The translations under genes were made by a program, and so were the position numbers. This document shows, piece after piece, positions 25,983 through 40,608 of a stretch of 64,000 nt of DNA (position 1 is the first letter of the stretch; each line of letters begins with the position of its first letter). The DNA is from Haliotis rufescens (Eukaryota). The notes under the pieces were generated by a model. It was given only the letters and a program-made list of their open reading frames with translations, was not told where the DNA came from and searched no databases. Location of the stretch: NCBI RefSeq assembly GCF_023055435.1, contig NW_025964372.1, forward strand, positions 33,108,001-33,172,000, given 5' to 3'.

Positions 25983-28900
25983 ATGAGAAGTCGAGAGCCG
26001 TTGCTTGTTTTGAGTTTGGTGACTATATTTTGTTTCCTACTCACCACGGTAGTGCTACTCGGAACCCTGTCAACAGTGGGCCCTAATGTCAGTAAAAATG
26101 ATCATCATCTCACGGCTAAGAACGTTTTTTATCCCGAACCGTAAGTACTTGAATTTTTAACGAACTACAATGATCGAGAATTGTTTCAAACTATTGAGTA
26201 TGCATGCACTCATAGATATTCCAGTTCACCAGAGGTTGCCTGTAAATAATCGAATCTGGCCCAGTTATTGGAATTGTAGGCTGGGATGTTTGTTTGATAG
26301 GGACTAACTTTTCAGTTAGCTCTTCAATACATACATTGTCTTACATTTCTTATGATGATGGAAAGGGTTTAGTCGTTTTTGTGTTCTCAAAACACATTAT
26401 CTTCAGAACTTCCTGCAAGTCCAGTAACGATGTATTTAAGAATTAACTTTCACTTTGTGTGAGTTCATTGGAGTATGAACCTTCCAAGAGTGAGGGCCAA
26501 ACTGTATGAACGTCGGAGCTTGCGACAATTCTTATAAAATATTTTATCACAATTTCAAAGGATGTAAGCGAAGATCACACAATTTTATTTAGTACGTGTG
26601 ACTTCATGTTTACACTGACAGCCATATAACAACCAGCTATATCGCGGAGTAAAATAGTTCCTCAAAAAGAGAGGTGACATGGGCGTATGGATGCACAACC
26701 TGCTCTTCAGAAACATCTTACGCAGCACATGTGTTCAAATCATATCCTCATTAGATGAGAAATGTCTGTAAAAGCCTACCTCAGTAAGTCAGTCACATGA
26801 CAGCGCGTTGTAATACATTTACATCAAGTGTTTACGATAAACATGACGGGAGAGATTTCAGAAGTTGTTAATGAACCTGTGGCGGTTACATGTGTAAGTC
26901 ATCATTGATCAACTGGCCGATCATTGAAAGGTGAATAAAGATGCGTCAAACAGACACTAAGGTAAATTCATAGATTTCTGGAGATGGTCAATATCAGCCA
27001 AGGCACGGATTGGGTCGATAATACGATAGTTTAGATGTGCATTTCTTCGTTTGTTCATTAGGATTGTCTGCAGCGAGGATATTCGTGAACAATCATGCAG
27101 TCACGCGCTCTGACATTTCCCACTGTATACTGAAACACCGAGACCAATAATAAAGGTTCTAAATGATCAGAGAGAACGCTTATGTATGATTTCGTGCTAG
27201 GGAATTCCCAGGGGTTTCCCAAGGAATGTGAAAGTACTCCGTCAGTGTTGACGTCATTTCAAGAACATGATCTCGTGAAAAACGTATGAACGTCAAATTG
27301 TGTCGTTCATACACTTTTGAACGCCAATTTCCCGGTCATGTGACCGACCTCTCGTCCAATGGAAAAGCCGTATATCGTGTTAACTTCAAATTTAAAAATT
27401 ATTATGTTGTGTGAAACATGAGGACGCATATTTGTTTCCTTGTAAGTTCATATTAGAAAAATATCAAATTTTCGGCCCTGAGTTCAATGGGAGCGAATGA
27501 ATGAATTTGCGAGTTGGATTTTTACGCCAAATTTAGCAATATTATAGCAATGTACACCAGAAAGGGCTTCACCTATTGTAACCATGCAGGAAAAGATATT
27601 TGACAGGTAATTATTGATTACTGACAGTATTCATTTTGTTTTAAACTCAGCCTGCTTGCCTGCTTGTTTGTTGTTTAACGCCGCACTCAGTAATATTCCA
27701 GCTATATGACGGCGTTCTGTAAATAATCGAGTCTGGACCACACAATCCAGTGATTGACCTACAAAAGATGACAAGGTTCGCATTTTGAATGTGAATCTTT
27801 ACTGAACATAAGACCGGGAATTTTGACTGTTTATTTCAATCTCATGAGCGGAATAATTCTGTAGTAAGTTAGAGTGTTTTACAATATTCCGAAAGGGGCC
27901 CCCGACCCATTTTATAATGACAATAGATACATTAGATATGTGTCTGACTGGAGAAGCCAAGTACAAATGTAAAAACATAAACTGGCTCACTGAAGGGCGT
28001 GCTTACGTCGACTGTACTATCCGACTATATCACGAGCACGTGTTTATGAAACACTATCAAAAAGTGATGATACCAGGTGTTCGACAAAGGTGGGCGTATC
28101 CTGCCACAACTGTGGCAGCCATCACAACCCATGCAAAGGCATGTCAATTATTCTGAAAAATTGCTATAAAACTATATTTTTGAGATGAGATAGGGTGGTT
28201 GCATTATGGAGAATAGGTGGGAGGAGAGTTTCAGTGCTGTTGGGAAATTGTAATAATAGTTTGAGATAACAAACTGTCGGCACTAGTCCGCATAGAAGGG
28301 GCAAAAGTGATTTTCGGATTTTTGTATGAAAATTACAAAAAGGGTAAAGTTTCCAATAAGACACAATTGTCTCCCTTTCTCCAGCATAAAATTATTGCTA
28401 GAGCACCGAAATGAAATGAACAAAGTGCCATACGATATTGTTAAACTGCTACATTTGATAAAACACTTGATTAAAAATACACCTCTGTTTCCAAAAAGAT
28501 ATAAAGTGACTAATATTGGCAACATCTTGATCAATCTGAGCTGACATAAAACTATATTTAAATGATATTTGTTTACATTAAATGCCAACAGATAATATCC
28601 TTATTTGCTTAAGGTAATATTACTAAATAAACCTGCTTCGTATATAACATAATACTCTTGGTTAAGAAACAGATCATCAAGGGGAGGAACAGAATTGGTG
28701 CCCATGGGGACACCTACTGGAAGTCCAGTAATTCACATACTGTTTTCTCAAAAAACTTCAGATGCAGTTTGCTTTAATTTTTAACAAACTGTCCTGAACC
28801 TTGGAAGATAGCGATGTATCTCTTGTTGAGTTCCAAATGCCCCATGGTTCAAAGAACGAAGCGTTTCTTTCTTGTTGTAAAGTGGTTGACAACTCAAATG

Positions 28901-31073
28901 TTTTAACATTATCGAACTTATTCTCATAATTCAAAGATGGACATGGTGTCTAATGGGTCCCAGATGTTTATCCTATTTACGAGAGTATTATACACATTGA
29001 TAATTGACGATCGGATTACATGTGTATTATTTGTTGGGTCAAGAAAGTATCATGTTACATAAAAATAATTTGACTTGAACTAAACTTCTTTATTGTTTTG
29101 TTTCTTTCTAAGGAAAACAGAATCAGTGGGACAAAAACCCGCCCTAACATACAAGCAAGTCACAAATAAAAAAAAATCATACAGACTTGCATCTCTTTTA
29201 CAAAGAATGTTGAAAACTCATCCAAGACTAGCGGATGATTATTTCGGATTCAACGTCACGAGAAGTGACGAGATCCCGGTGACGAGAGACGTGCCTGATG
29301 CAAGACCATCTGAATGCAAAAACAGGAATTTCAACTACTCTTCTCTTCCAACATTATCAATCGTCACTCCATTCCACAACGAAGCTCTGACGCCATTATT
29401 ACGTCATGTTCACGCCATTTTGTCCCGAACTCCGCCACAGCTCCTGATGGAGATAATTCTAGTGGATGATAACAGCACCTTTTCATATCTAGGTGAAGAC
29501 CTACAAGAATATTTCCAAATCTTGGATTCACGAATTCAAATAATACGTAACAAAGAGCGAAAGGGTTTGATACTTTCAAGACTGCAAGGGGAAGAGAAAT
29601 CACATGGTGAAGTCGTGGTTTTCCTTGATGCTCATATGGAGGTTTGTGAGGGTTGGGCAGAACCACTGCTGGAGAGGATTAAGAGTCAGCCAGCCATTGT
29701 GGTCCAAGCAGACCCGATTCCGATCAATGAACAGACAATTGGTTTGGACACTGGGATTCGTTCAAGTTGCATAGGAGGTTTTGGATGGGACATGCGGTAA
29801 GATTGGAATGCAATTTTTTAAATAGCGGGTCGTATGTAATCAATATCCTTGCCGTGCGTGTCACATTTTTGAATAGTATTGTAATTTGTCAATTGATTTT
29901 AAATTAACGTGGGCTGTCGATCTGTTTTAATAGAAAAGTAATCTTAAATTAATCAAATAAGGCAAAATTAATCAGTAATTAAGTTACATCACGACATTTG
30001 GGAAGAGAGACAAATAATCTTGGACAAAGATGTTTTCTTCGATGAACCCTGGTTAAGGCCGGTTGTGGTACAGACAAACCAAGAATCATAATCAGAGCGT
30101 ATCTAAGTTTCGAAGTTGTGATAATGCTATTATGTTCTATTCTGTTCATCTCAACAGGTACAAATGGTTTCTTCTACCTCCATATTTGAATCAGTTTCGG
30201 GCATCCGAATGGGAACCATTTCCAAACCCAGTACTACAAGGATCCTGCATCGCCGTCAGAAAGTCCTACTTTAACGCCGTCGGACGATTCGATCCAGGCC
30301 TTGAGATCTGGGGAGGTGAACACTTTGACCTATCCTTTAATGTCTGGATGACAGGAGGAAGAATTGAAACAGTACCTTGTTCAAAGGTTGGCCACATCTA
30401 CAAAGGAAACAAATACAGTTTTGGTTCAAATGAAGTGGAATATACGATTTTCAAAAATAATCTACGTGTATCGGAGGTGTGGATGGATGAGTATATATAT
30501 TTTGTCCGTGCCGCAATCTCCCATATTCTTAATCCGCTGCCAGTGTTTACGGAAGCTGAACTGAGGTCTTTACAGGAAAGAAAGAAGTTGCGACAAGAGC
30601 GTAATAGTAAGTCATTTGCTTGGTTCTTGAAGAGTGTCCATACTGAACTGATTGTTCCATCGAAGGAGGATGTGTTTTTTGGAGAAATAAAAAACACAAA
30701 GAGTGAGCAGTGCTGGTTTGTATTTGAGGACGATTATATAGGTACAACTGGACAATGTGGCTTCATAATAAAAGAACAAACATTTTCTTTGGATAAGTAT
30801 GGGAGATTGAAATATCTGGACAGGTGTGTTGGATATGAAGAGTCGACGTTTCTTCTGCGGATCAAAGAGTGTCCATCCAAATCGGAGTCGAAAACATCGA
30901 TGACGTGGGTACATGCGAATGACAATTTGATGACTGTGTATCATTCGGAGTATATTTGTGCTTATCAAGTTAAATCCACATTTCCGATCCACACTGGGAA
31001 GGATCTGGTACAATTACAGACATGTGCCCAAAAAACCGAATACCAAACATGGACGTTTATGTTCAGATTTTAG
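25983..31073 (+). CDS. GALNT: Polypeptide N-acetylgalactosaminyltransferase, array copy A; exons 25983..26140, 29113..29796, 30158..31073, ~585 aa
   Basis: TM exon (PLLVLSLVTIFCFLLTTVVLL) ending CC|GTAAGT; phase-2 GT-AG introns; VPDAR, FHNEA, ILVDD, FLDAH, GGFGW, WGGEH, CSKVGH, EVWMDEY; lectin ending YQTW. Alternative in-frame ATG at 25968. Confidence 0.92.
26436..27402 (+). mobile_element. Unclassified ~950-bp interspersed element in intron 1 of copy A
   Basis: Also at 33113-33775 (deleted form) and inverted at 37074-37970; empty sites at ~41530 and ~19855. Confidence 0.75.
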
Positions 31074-32660
31074 TGACGAAAGGAAGTCTGTGAACAATTC
31101 TTTAATAAATATTTGGATAAAACTGAAAAACAAATCCCCCTGGTGACCTTTGGACTGATTTTCAGAAAAATACAAAATATTTAATCTAAACGTTAAAACA
31201 GAACACTCAAACAATTATTGTTACGTTTTGAAGTTCTAGGAAAGAAATGATGATAACATTCACACAAAATGTCACCAAACCTAAACACCCAATCTATATG
31301 GGTTGCTAGGTACCAGATCTGACTCAGACTCTTCACAGGAAAAGAGGTCATGAGTTGACATTGTCAGTGATTTGCTTTACACTATAATTTAAATGCGTTC
31401 CATTAAAATAAAGGAAAAGCATGACGATTGTGTGTGATATTTTCCATAGATATTTGCAAATGTATTGTAATCATTGAGATATTGAAATATATATATATTA
31501 TAAGTGATTGATATTATAAGCAATGATCAAAGCCATCAAGCAAGTCTCCGAACGTGACCATCCGAATATGTCTAATAAAATTTCGGCTAGTTTTTTAAAG
31601 TTTGTGATTTGTTGAAATATCTGTGATCAAACTCTTGGTCTGTCATATGAAATCAACTGAGATAGGAAGTCGACAGCTGTTGTGGGTATGTAGTGTGGTG
31701 ACTATATTTTGTTTCCAGGGCCCCGCTCCAAAAAGCGATCTTACCGTTTAGATGATCGTAGATCAGATTCCATAACATTAGCTTATGACAGCCGTAGCGC
31801 TTCCATCGCTTTGTGGAATAACCCGTCTGGATTACAAAACAAAACAAGTTCCATAAGGCGGAAAAAACAAATGCCTCGTGGATCATAGACTGAAGTGTTT
31901 CCTTAAGTTTGTACTGTAGGATGTTGGTTGAAAAATCAAAAGTTTTGACATAATTGAATTTAATTATACTTCAAATATGGTTGGCTGCTTGGTTGGTTGT
32001 TTTACGCCACACTCAGCAATATTCCAGCAATATGACGGCGGTCTGTAAATAATCGAGTCTGCACCAGACAATCCAGTGATTGATATCATGACCATCACTC
32101 AGTATCCGATCAATTGGGATCGGTGACATGCATCAACTAAGTCATCGAGTCTGTGTGACCACCCGATTCCGTTAGTCACCTTTTACAGTAAGCATGGGTT
32201 GTTGAAGACCTATTCTAGCCCGGATCTTCGCGTGTCTTCAAATATGGAGATAAGTCGATCATATTTATCATATATACGAGGATAGCACACACTTGATAAT
32301 CGTAGATGGGGTTAAATAAATTATAATTCAATTGTGTTCATTGTGAAAGTGAAGGAAACCGATTATGATTGTGTTTGGTATTTACAATAGATTTCGGCAA
32401 ATGTGACATTATAATTGATATATGAACATAAATGAATATTAAAATGGATTGGTATTATATGCAACGATCCACGCTGCTCAGCAAATCACAAAACCAGTTC
32501 ATTTGAAGATGTCTTTGGGCTAGTTCTTGAAAGTATATGATGTATTTGAAAATTGACTTTTCAGCATCTGTGAGCAAATCATTTATGCAGCAGGTGGTTT
32601 GAATGCTACATCATTATCGGTTATATCAGTCTGTTGGTCAGTAATAAGAAATCAAGCGAG

Positions 32661-35600
32661 ATGAGAAGTCGAGAGCCGTTGCTGGTATTGAGTTTGGTGA
32701 CTATATTTTGTTTCCTACTCACCACGGTAGTGCTACTTGGAACCCTGACAACAGTGGGCCCTAATGTCAGTAAAAATGATCATCATCTCAAGGCTAAGAA
32801 CGTTTTTTATCCCGAACCGTAAGTACTTTGATTTTTTAACAAACTACAATGATCGAGAATTGTTTCAAACTATTGAGTATGCATGCACTCATAGATATTC
32901 CAGTTCACCAGAGGTTGCCTGTAAATAATCGAATCTGGCCCAGTTATTGGAATTGTAGGCTGGGATGTTTGTTTGATAGGGACTAATTTTTTAGTTAGCT
33001 CTTCAATACATACATTGTCTTACATTTCTTATGATGATGGAAAGGGTTTAGTCGTTTTAGTATAATCAAAACACATTATCTTCAGAACTTCCTGCAAGTC
33101 CAGTAACGATGTATTAAGAATTGACCTTCACTTTGTGTGAGGGCCAAACTGTATGAACGTCGGAGCTTGCGACAATTCTTATAATTCTTATAAAAAAATT
33201 ATCACAATTTCTTACCTCAAAGGATGTAGGCCAAGACCTAAACACAATTTTATTTAGTACGTGTGACTTCATGTTTACACTGACAGCCATACAACAACCA
33301 GCTACATCGCGGAGTAAAATAGTTCATCAAAAAGAGTGGTGACATGGGCGTATGAATGCACAACCTGCTCCTCAGAAACATCTTACGCAGCACATGCGTT
33401 CAAATCATATCCTCATTAGATGAGAAAGGTCTGTAAAGAACTACCTCAGTAAGTCAGTCACATGACAGCGCGTCGTAATACATTTACATTAAGTACAAGA
33501 CGTCAAAATGGCCGACACGATAAACGTGACGGGAGAGATTTCAGAAGTTGTTAATGAACCTGTGGCGGTTACATGTGTAAGTCATCATTGATCAACTGGC
33601 CTATCATTGAAAGGTTAATTAAGATGCGTCAAACAGACACTAAGGTAAATTCATAGTTTGCTGGAGACCGTCAGTATCAGCCAAAAAAACCGTATGAACG
33701 TCAAATTGTGTCAATTTCGCGATCATGTGACCGACCTCTCGTCCAATGGAAAAGCTGTAAATCGTGTTAACTTGATGATGGAAAGTGTTTAGTCGTTTTT
33801 CTGTACTCAAAACACATTATCTTCAGAACTTCCCGCATGTCCAGTAACGATGTATTATGTTTTGTGAAACACGAGGACGCATATCATTTTCCATGTAAGT
33901 TCATTTTAGAAAAAAATCAAATGGTCGGCCGTGAGTTCAATGAGAGCGAATGAATGAATTTGTGAGTTGAATTTTACGCCAAATTTAGCAATATTATAGC
34001 AAGGTACACCAGAAAAGGGCTTCACCTATTGTAACCATGTGGGGAATCGGATCCGGGCCTTTGGCGTAGGCCTAGCGAACGATTTAACCACAAGGCTATT
34101 CCACCGCCCCTTATTCAGTCTGAATTGATAAAAGATCATTTACTTTTGTTTAGTTAGTAAGTGCATTATGTTTTAGTAGAACAGTAACATACCAAGTCTT
34201 AACAGTGTCTCTCATTATCCAGTATAATATATTTTCCTTCTGCAATGAAAACACCCTGGGTCAATCTGTCAATAGCGTCGACATTACCAATCAGATCGTT
34301 TTTTCATGTACCATCGCAATACAACTTTGTCTTTAGACGCCGGAAAAGATATTTTACAGGTAATTATTGATTACTGACAGTATTCATTTCGTTTTAAACT
34401 CACCTTGCTTGCCTGCTTGTTTGTTGTTTAACGCCGCACTCAGTAATATTCCAGCTATATGACGGCGTTCTGTAATCGAGTCTGGACCACACAATCCAGT
34501 GATTGACCTACAAAAGATGACAAGGTTCGCATTTTGAATGTGAATCTTTACTGAACATAAGACCGGGAATTTTGACTGTTTATTTCAATCTCATGAGCGG
34601 GGTATTTCTGTAGTAAGTTAGAGTGTTTTACAATATTCCGAAAGGGGCCCCCGACCCATTTTACAATGACAATAGATACATTAGATATGTGTCTGAGTCG
34701 AGAAGCCAAGTAAAAACATAAACTGGCTCACTGAAGGACGTTCTTACGTCGACTGTACTATTCGACTATATCACGAGCACGTGTTTATGAAACACTATCA
34801 AAAAGTGATGATACCAGGTGTTCGACAAAGGTGGGCGTATCCTGCCACAACTGTGGCAGCCATCACAACCCATGCAAAGGCATGTCAATTATTCTGAAAA
34901 AAAACCTATAAAACTATATTTTTGAGATGAGATAGGGCGGTTGCATTATGGAGAATAGGTGGGAGGAGAGTTTGGGAAATTGTAATAATAGTTTGAGATA
35001 ACAAACTGTCGGCACAAGTCCGCATAGAAGGTGCAAAAGTGATTTTCGGATTTTTGTATGAAAATTACAAAAAGGATATAGTCTCCAATAAGATACAATT
35101 GTCTATCTTTCTCTTACATAAAATTATTGCTAGAGACCCGAAATGAGCAAAGTGCCATACGATATTGTTAAACGGATACACTTGATAAAACACTTGATTA
35201 AAAATACACCTTTGTTTCCAAAAAGATATAAAGTGACTAATATTGGCAACATCTTGATCAATCTGAGCTGACATAAAACTATATTTAAATGATATTTGTG
35301 TACATTAATTGCCAAACAGATAATATCCTTATTTGCTTAAGGTAATGTAAATAAATATACCTGCTTCGTATATAACATAATACTCTTGGTTAAGCAACAG
35401 ATCATCAAGGAGGGGAACAGAATTGGTGCCCATGGGGACACCTACTGGATGTCCAGTTATTCACATACTGTTTTCTCAAAAAACTTCAGATGCAATTTGC
35501 TTTAATTTTTAACAAACTGTCCTGAACCTTGGAAGATAGCGATGTATCTCTTGTTGAGTTCCAAATGCCCCATGGGTCAAAGAACGAAGCGTTTCTTTCT

Positions 35601-38600
35601 TGTTGTAAAGTGGTTGACAACTCAAATGTTTTAACATTATCGAACTTATTCTCATAATTCAAAGATGGACGTGGTGTCTAATGGGTCCCGGATGTTTATC
35701 CTATGTACGAGAGTATTATCCACATTGATAATCGAGGATCGGGTTACATGTGTATTATTTGTTGGTTGGTTTGTATCATGTTTACATAGAAATAAGGGGC
35801 GGTCGGGTAGCCAAGTGGTTAAAGCGTTCGCTCGTCTTGCCGAAGACCTGGGTTCGATTCCCGGCATGGGTACAATGTGTGAAGCCCATTTCTGGTGTCC
35901 CCCGCCGTGATATTGCTTGAATGTTGCTAAACGCGGCGTAAAACCATACTCACTCACTCACTCACTCACATAGAAATAATTTGACTTGAACTAACCTTCT
36001 TTATTGTTTTGTTTCTTTCTAAGGAAAACAGAATCAGTGAGACAAAAACCCGCCCTAACATACAAGCAAGTCACAAATAATAAAAAATCATACAGACTTG
36101 CATCTCTTTTACAAAAAATGTTGAAAACTCATCCAAGACCAGCGGATGATTATTTCGGATTTAACGCCACGAGAAGTGACGAGATCTCGGTGACGAGAGA
36201 TGTGCCTGATGCTAGACCTTCTGAATGCAAAAACAGGAATTTCAACTACTCTTCTCTTCCAACATTATCAATTGTCACTCCATTCTACAACGAGGCTCTG
36301 ACGCCATTATTACGTCATGTTCACGCCATTTTGTCCCGAACTCCGCCACATCTCCTGATGGAGGTTATTCTAGTGGATGATAACAGCACCTTTTCATATC
36401 TGGGTGAAGACCTACAAGAATATTTCAGAATCTTGGATTCACGAATTCGAATAATACGTAACAAAGAGCGAAAGGGTTTGATACTTTCAAGAGTGCAAGG
36501 GGAAGAAAAAGCACGTGGAGAAGTCGTGGTTTTCCTTGATGCTCATATGGAGGTTTGTGAGGGTTGGGCAGAACCACTGCTGGAGAGGATTAAGAGTCAG
36601 CCGTCCATTGTGGTTCAAGCACATCCCATTCCGATCAATGACCATACAATTGGTTTGGACACTGGGACACGTGCAAGTTGCATAGGAGGTTTTGGATGGG
36701 ACATGAGGTAAGACTGGGATGCAATTTTTTAAATAACGGGTCGTATGTAACCAATATCCTTGCCATGCGTGTCACATTCTTGAATAGTATTGTAATTTGT
36801 CAATATTTTTTAAATTAACGTTGGCAGTCGATCTGTTAATTACTCAAATAAGGCAAATTAATGAGTAATTAAGTTACATCACGACATTTGGGAAGAGAGA
36901 CACAAATAATCCTGGACAAAGATGTTTTCCTCGATGATGAACCCTGGTTAAGGCCGGCTTTGGTACAGACAAACCAAGAATCATAATCAGAGCATATCTA
37001 AGGTTCGAAGTTGTGATTATGCGAATTCTGTTCCAAAGGATGCATTACAAACATGCGGTGTTCCTTACATTACAATAATTTTTTAATTTGAAGTTTACAC
37101 GATATACGGCTTTTCCATTGGACGAGAGAGAGAGATAAGTGTATGAACGACACAATTTGACGTTCATACGTTTTTCACGAGACCGTGTTCTTGAAATGAC
37201 GTAAACACTGACGGAGTACTTTCACATTCCTGGGGAAACCCCTGGGAATTCCCTAGCACGAAAACACACATAAGCGATCTTTCTGATCATTTAGAACCTT
37301 TATTCTTGGTCTCAGCTTTTCAGTATACATTGAGAAATGTGAGAGCGTGACTTCATGTTTGTTCACGAATATCCTCGCTGCGGCCTATCTTAATGAACAA
37401 ACGATGAAATGCACATCTAAACTATCGTAGTGTCGACTCGATCTATGAATTAACCTTAGTGTCTGTTTGACGCATCTTTATTCACCTTTCAATGATCGGC
37501 CAGTTGATCAGTGATTACTAACACATGTAACCGCCACAGGTTCATTAACAACTTCTGAAATCTCTCCCGTCACGTTTATCGTGTCGGCCATTTTGACGTC
37601 TTGTACTTGATGTAAATGTATTACGATGCGCTGTCATGTGACTGACTTACTGAGGTAGGCTTTTACAGACATTTCTCATCTAATGAGGATATGATTTGAA
37701 CACACGTGCTGCTTAAGATGTTTCTGAAGAGCAAGTTGTGCATTAATACGCCCATGTCACCTCTCTTTTTGATGAACTATTTTACTCCGCGATATAGCTG
37801 GTTGTTGTATGGCTGTCAGTGTAAACATGAAGTCACACGTACTAAATAAAATTGTGTTTAGATCTTTGCCTACATCCTTTGAGGTGAGAAATTGTTCATA
37901 CAGTTTGGCCCTCACTCTATGAAGGTTCTTACTCCAATGAACTCACACAAAGTGAAGCTCAATTCTTAATTAAAGACCATGCGTCATGTACACTATGCAA
38001 AACGTATGAAGACAGTCATTTTGGGCATAGTTATTTGGTCACACTTCTCGATTATGCTATTTTCTATTTGAAACGTCAATATGCCAAATATACAATGCTG
38101 GTATACCTGTCATGTTCATCTCAACAGGTACATATGGTTTACTCTACCTCCATATTTGAATCAGTTTCGGGGCTCCGACTGGGAACCATTTCCGACACCA
38201 GTACTACAAGGATCCTGCATCGCCGTCAGAAAGTCCTACTTTAATGCCGTCGGACGTTTCGATCCAGGCCTTGAGATCTGGGGAGGTGAACACTTTGACC
38301 TATCCTTTAATGTCTGGATGACAGGAGGAAGAATTGAAACAGTACCTTGTTCAGTGGTTGGCCACATCTACAAAGGAAACAAATACAGTTTTGGTTCAAA
38401 TGAAAAGGAATATACGATTTTGAAAAATAATCTACGTGTATCGGAGATATGGATGGATGAATATATATATTTTGTGCGTGCTGCACTCTCCCATATTCGT
38501 AATCCTCTGCCAGTGTTTACGGAAGCTGAACTGAGGTCTTTACAGGAAAGAAAGAAGTTGCGACAAGAGCGTAATAGTAAGTCATTTACTTGGTTCTTGA

Positions 38601-39043
38601 AGAGTGTCCATACTGAACAGATGGTGCCATCGAAGGAGGATGTGTTTTTTGGAGAAATAAAAAACATAAAGAGTGGGCAGTGCTGGTTTGTATTTGAGGA
38701 CGATTATATAGGTACAGCTGGACAATGTGGCTTCATAATAAAAGAAAAAACATTTTCTTTGGATAGGTATGGGAGACTGAAATATCTGGGCAGGTGTGTT
38801 GGATTTGATGAGTCAACGTTTCTTCTCCGGATCAAAGAGTGTCCATCTAAATCTGAGTCGAAAACATCGATGACGTGGGTACATGCAAATGACAGTTTGA
38901 TGACTGCGTATTATTCGGAGTATATTTGTGCTATTCAAGCTAAATCCACATTTCCGATCCACACTGGGAAGGATCTGGTACAATTACAGACGTGTGACAA
39001 ACAAAACGAATACCAAACATGGACGTTTATGTTCAGATTTTAG
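32661..39043 (+). CDS. GALNT: Polypeptide N-acetylgalactosaminyltransferase, array copy B; exons 32661..32818, 36024..36707, 38128..39043, ~585 aa
   Basis: Same exon sizes (158/684/916) and splice sites as copy A; DAH and WGGE intact. Confidence 0.92.
35796..35967 (+). mobile_element. SINE family A with 12-bp TSD ACATAGAAATAA
   Basis: TSD 35784-35795 and 35968-35979; empty site in copy A at ~29057. Confidence 0.9.
37074..37970 (-). mobile_element. Inverted copy of the unclassified ~950-bp element in intron 2 of copy B
   Basis: Reverse complement of 26436-27402. Confidence 0.75.
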
Positions 39044-40608
39044 TGACGAAAGGAAGTCTGTGAACAATTCTTTGATAAATATTTGGATCAAACTGAAAAA
39101 CAAATCACCCTGGTGACCTTTGGACTGATTTTCAGAAAAATACAAAATATTTAATCTAAACGTTAAAACAGAACACTCAAACAATTATTGTTACGTTTTG
39201 AAGTTCTAGGAAAGAAATGATAACATTCACACAAAATGTCACCAAACCTAAACACCCAATCTATATGGGTTGCTAGGTACCAGATCTGACTCAGACTCTT
39301 CACAGGAAAAGAGGTCATGAGTTGACATTGTCAGTGGTTTGCTTTACAATATAATTTAATTGCGTTCCATTAAAATGAAGGAAAAGCATTACGATTGTGT
39401 GTGATATTTTCCATAGATTTTTGCAAATGTATTGTGATCATTGAGATATTGAAATATATACATATTATAAGTGATTGATATTATAAGCAATGATCAAAGC
39501 CATCAAGCAAGTCTCCGAACCTGACCATCCGAATATGTCTAATAAAACTTCGGCTAGTTTTTTAAAGTTTGTGAATTGTTTAAATATCTGTGATCAAACT
39601 AGTTGGTCTGTCATATGAAATCAACTGAGATAGGAAGTCGACAGCTGTTGTGGGTATGTAGTGTGGTGACTATATTTTGTTTCCAGGGCCCCGCCCCACA
39701 CCGTTAAGATGATCGTAACTCAGATTCCATAACATCAGCTTACGACAGCCGTAGCGCTTCCATCGCTTTGTGGAATAACCAGTCTGGATTACAAAACGTT
39801 CCATAAGGCGGAAAAACAAATGCCTCGTGGATCATAGACTGAAGTGTTTCCTTAAGTTTGTACTGTAGGATGTTGGTTGAAAAATAAAAAGTTTTGACAT
39901 AATTGAATTTAATTATACTTCAAATATGGTTGGCTGCTTGGTTGGTTGTTTTACGCCACACTCAGCAATATTCCAGCAATATGACGGCGGTCTTTAAATA
40001 ATCGAGTCTGCACCAGACAATCCAGTGATTGATATCATGACCATCACTCAGTATCCACTCAATTGGGATCGGTGACATGCATCAACCAAGTCAGCGAGTC
40101 TGTGTGACCAACCGATTCTGTTAGTCGTCTTTTACAGTAAGCATTGGTTGTTGAAGACCTATTCTAGCCCGAATCTTCGCGGGTCTTCAAATATGAAGAT
40201 AAGTCGATCATATTTATCATATATACGAGGATAGCACACACTTGATAATCGTAGATGGGGTTAAATAAATTATAATTCAATTGTGTTCAATGTGAAAGTG
40301 AAGGAAACCGATTATGATTGTGTTTGGTATTTACAATAGATTTCGGCAAATGTGACATTATAATTGATATATGAACATAAATGAATATCAAATGGATTGG
40401 TATTATATGCAATGATCCACGCTGCCCAGCAAATCACAAAACCAATTCATTTGAAGATGTCTTTGGGCTAGTTCTTTAAAGTATATGATGTATTTGAAAA
40501 TTGACTTTTCAGCATCTGTGAGCAAATCATTTATGCAGCAGGTGGTTTGAATGCTACATCATTATCGGTTATATCAGTCTGTTGGTCAGTAATAAGAAAT
40601 CAAGCGAG

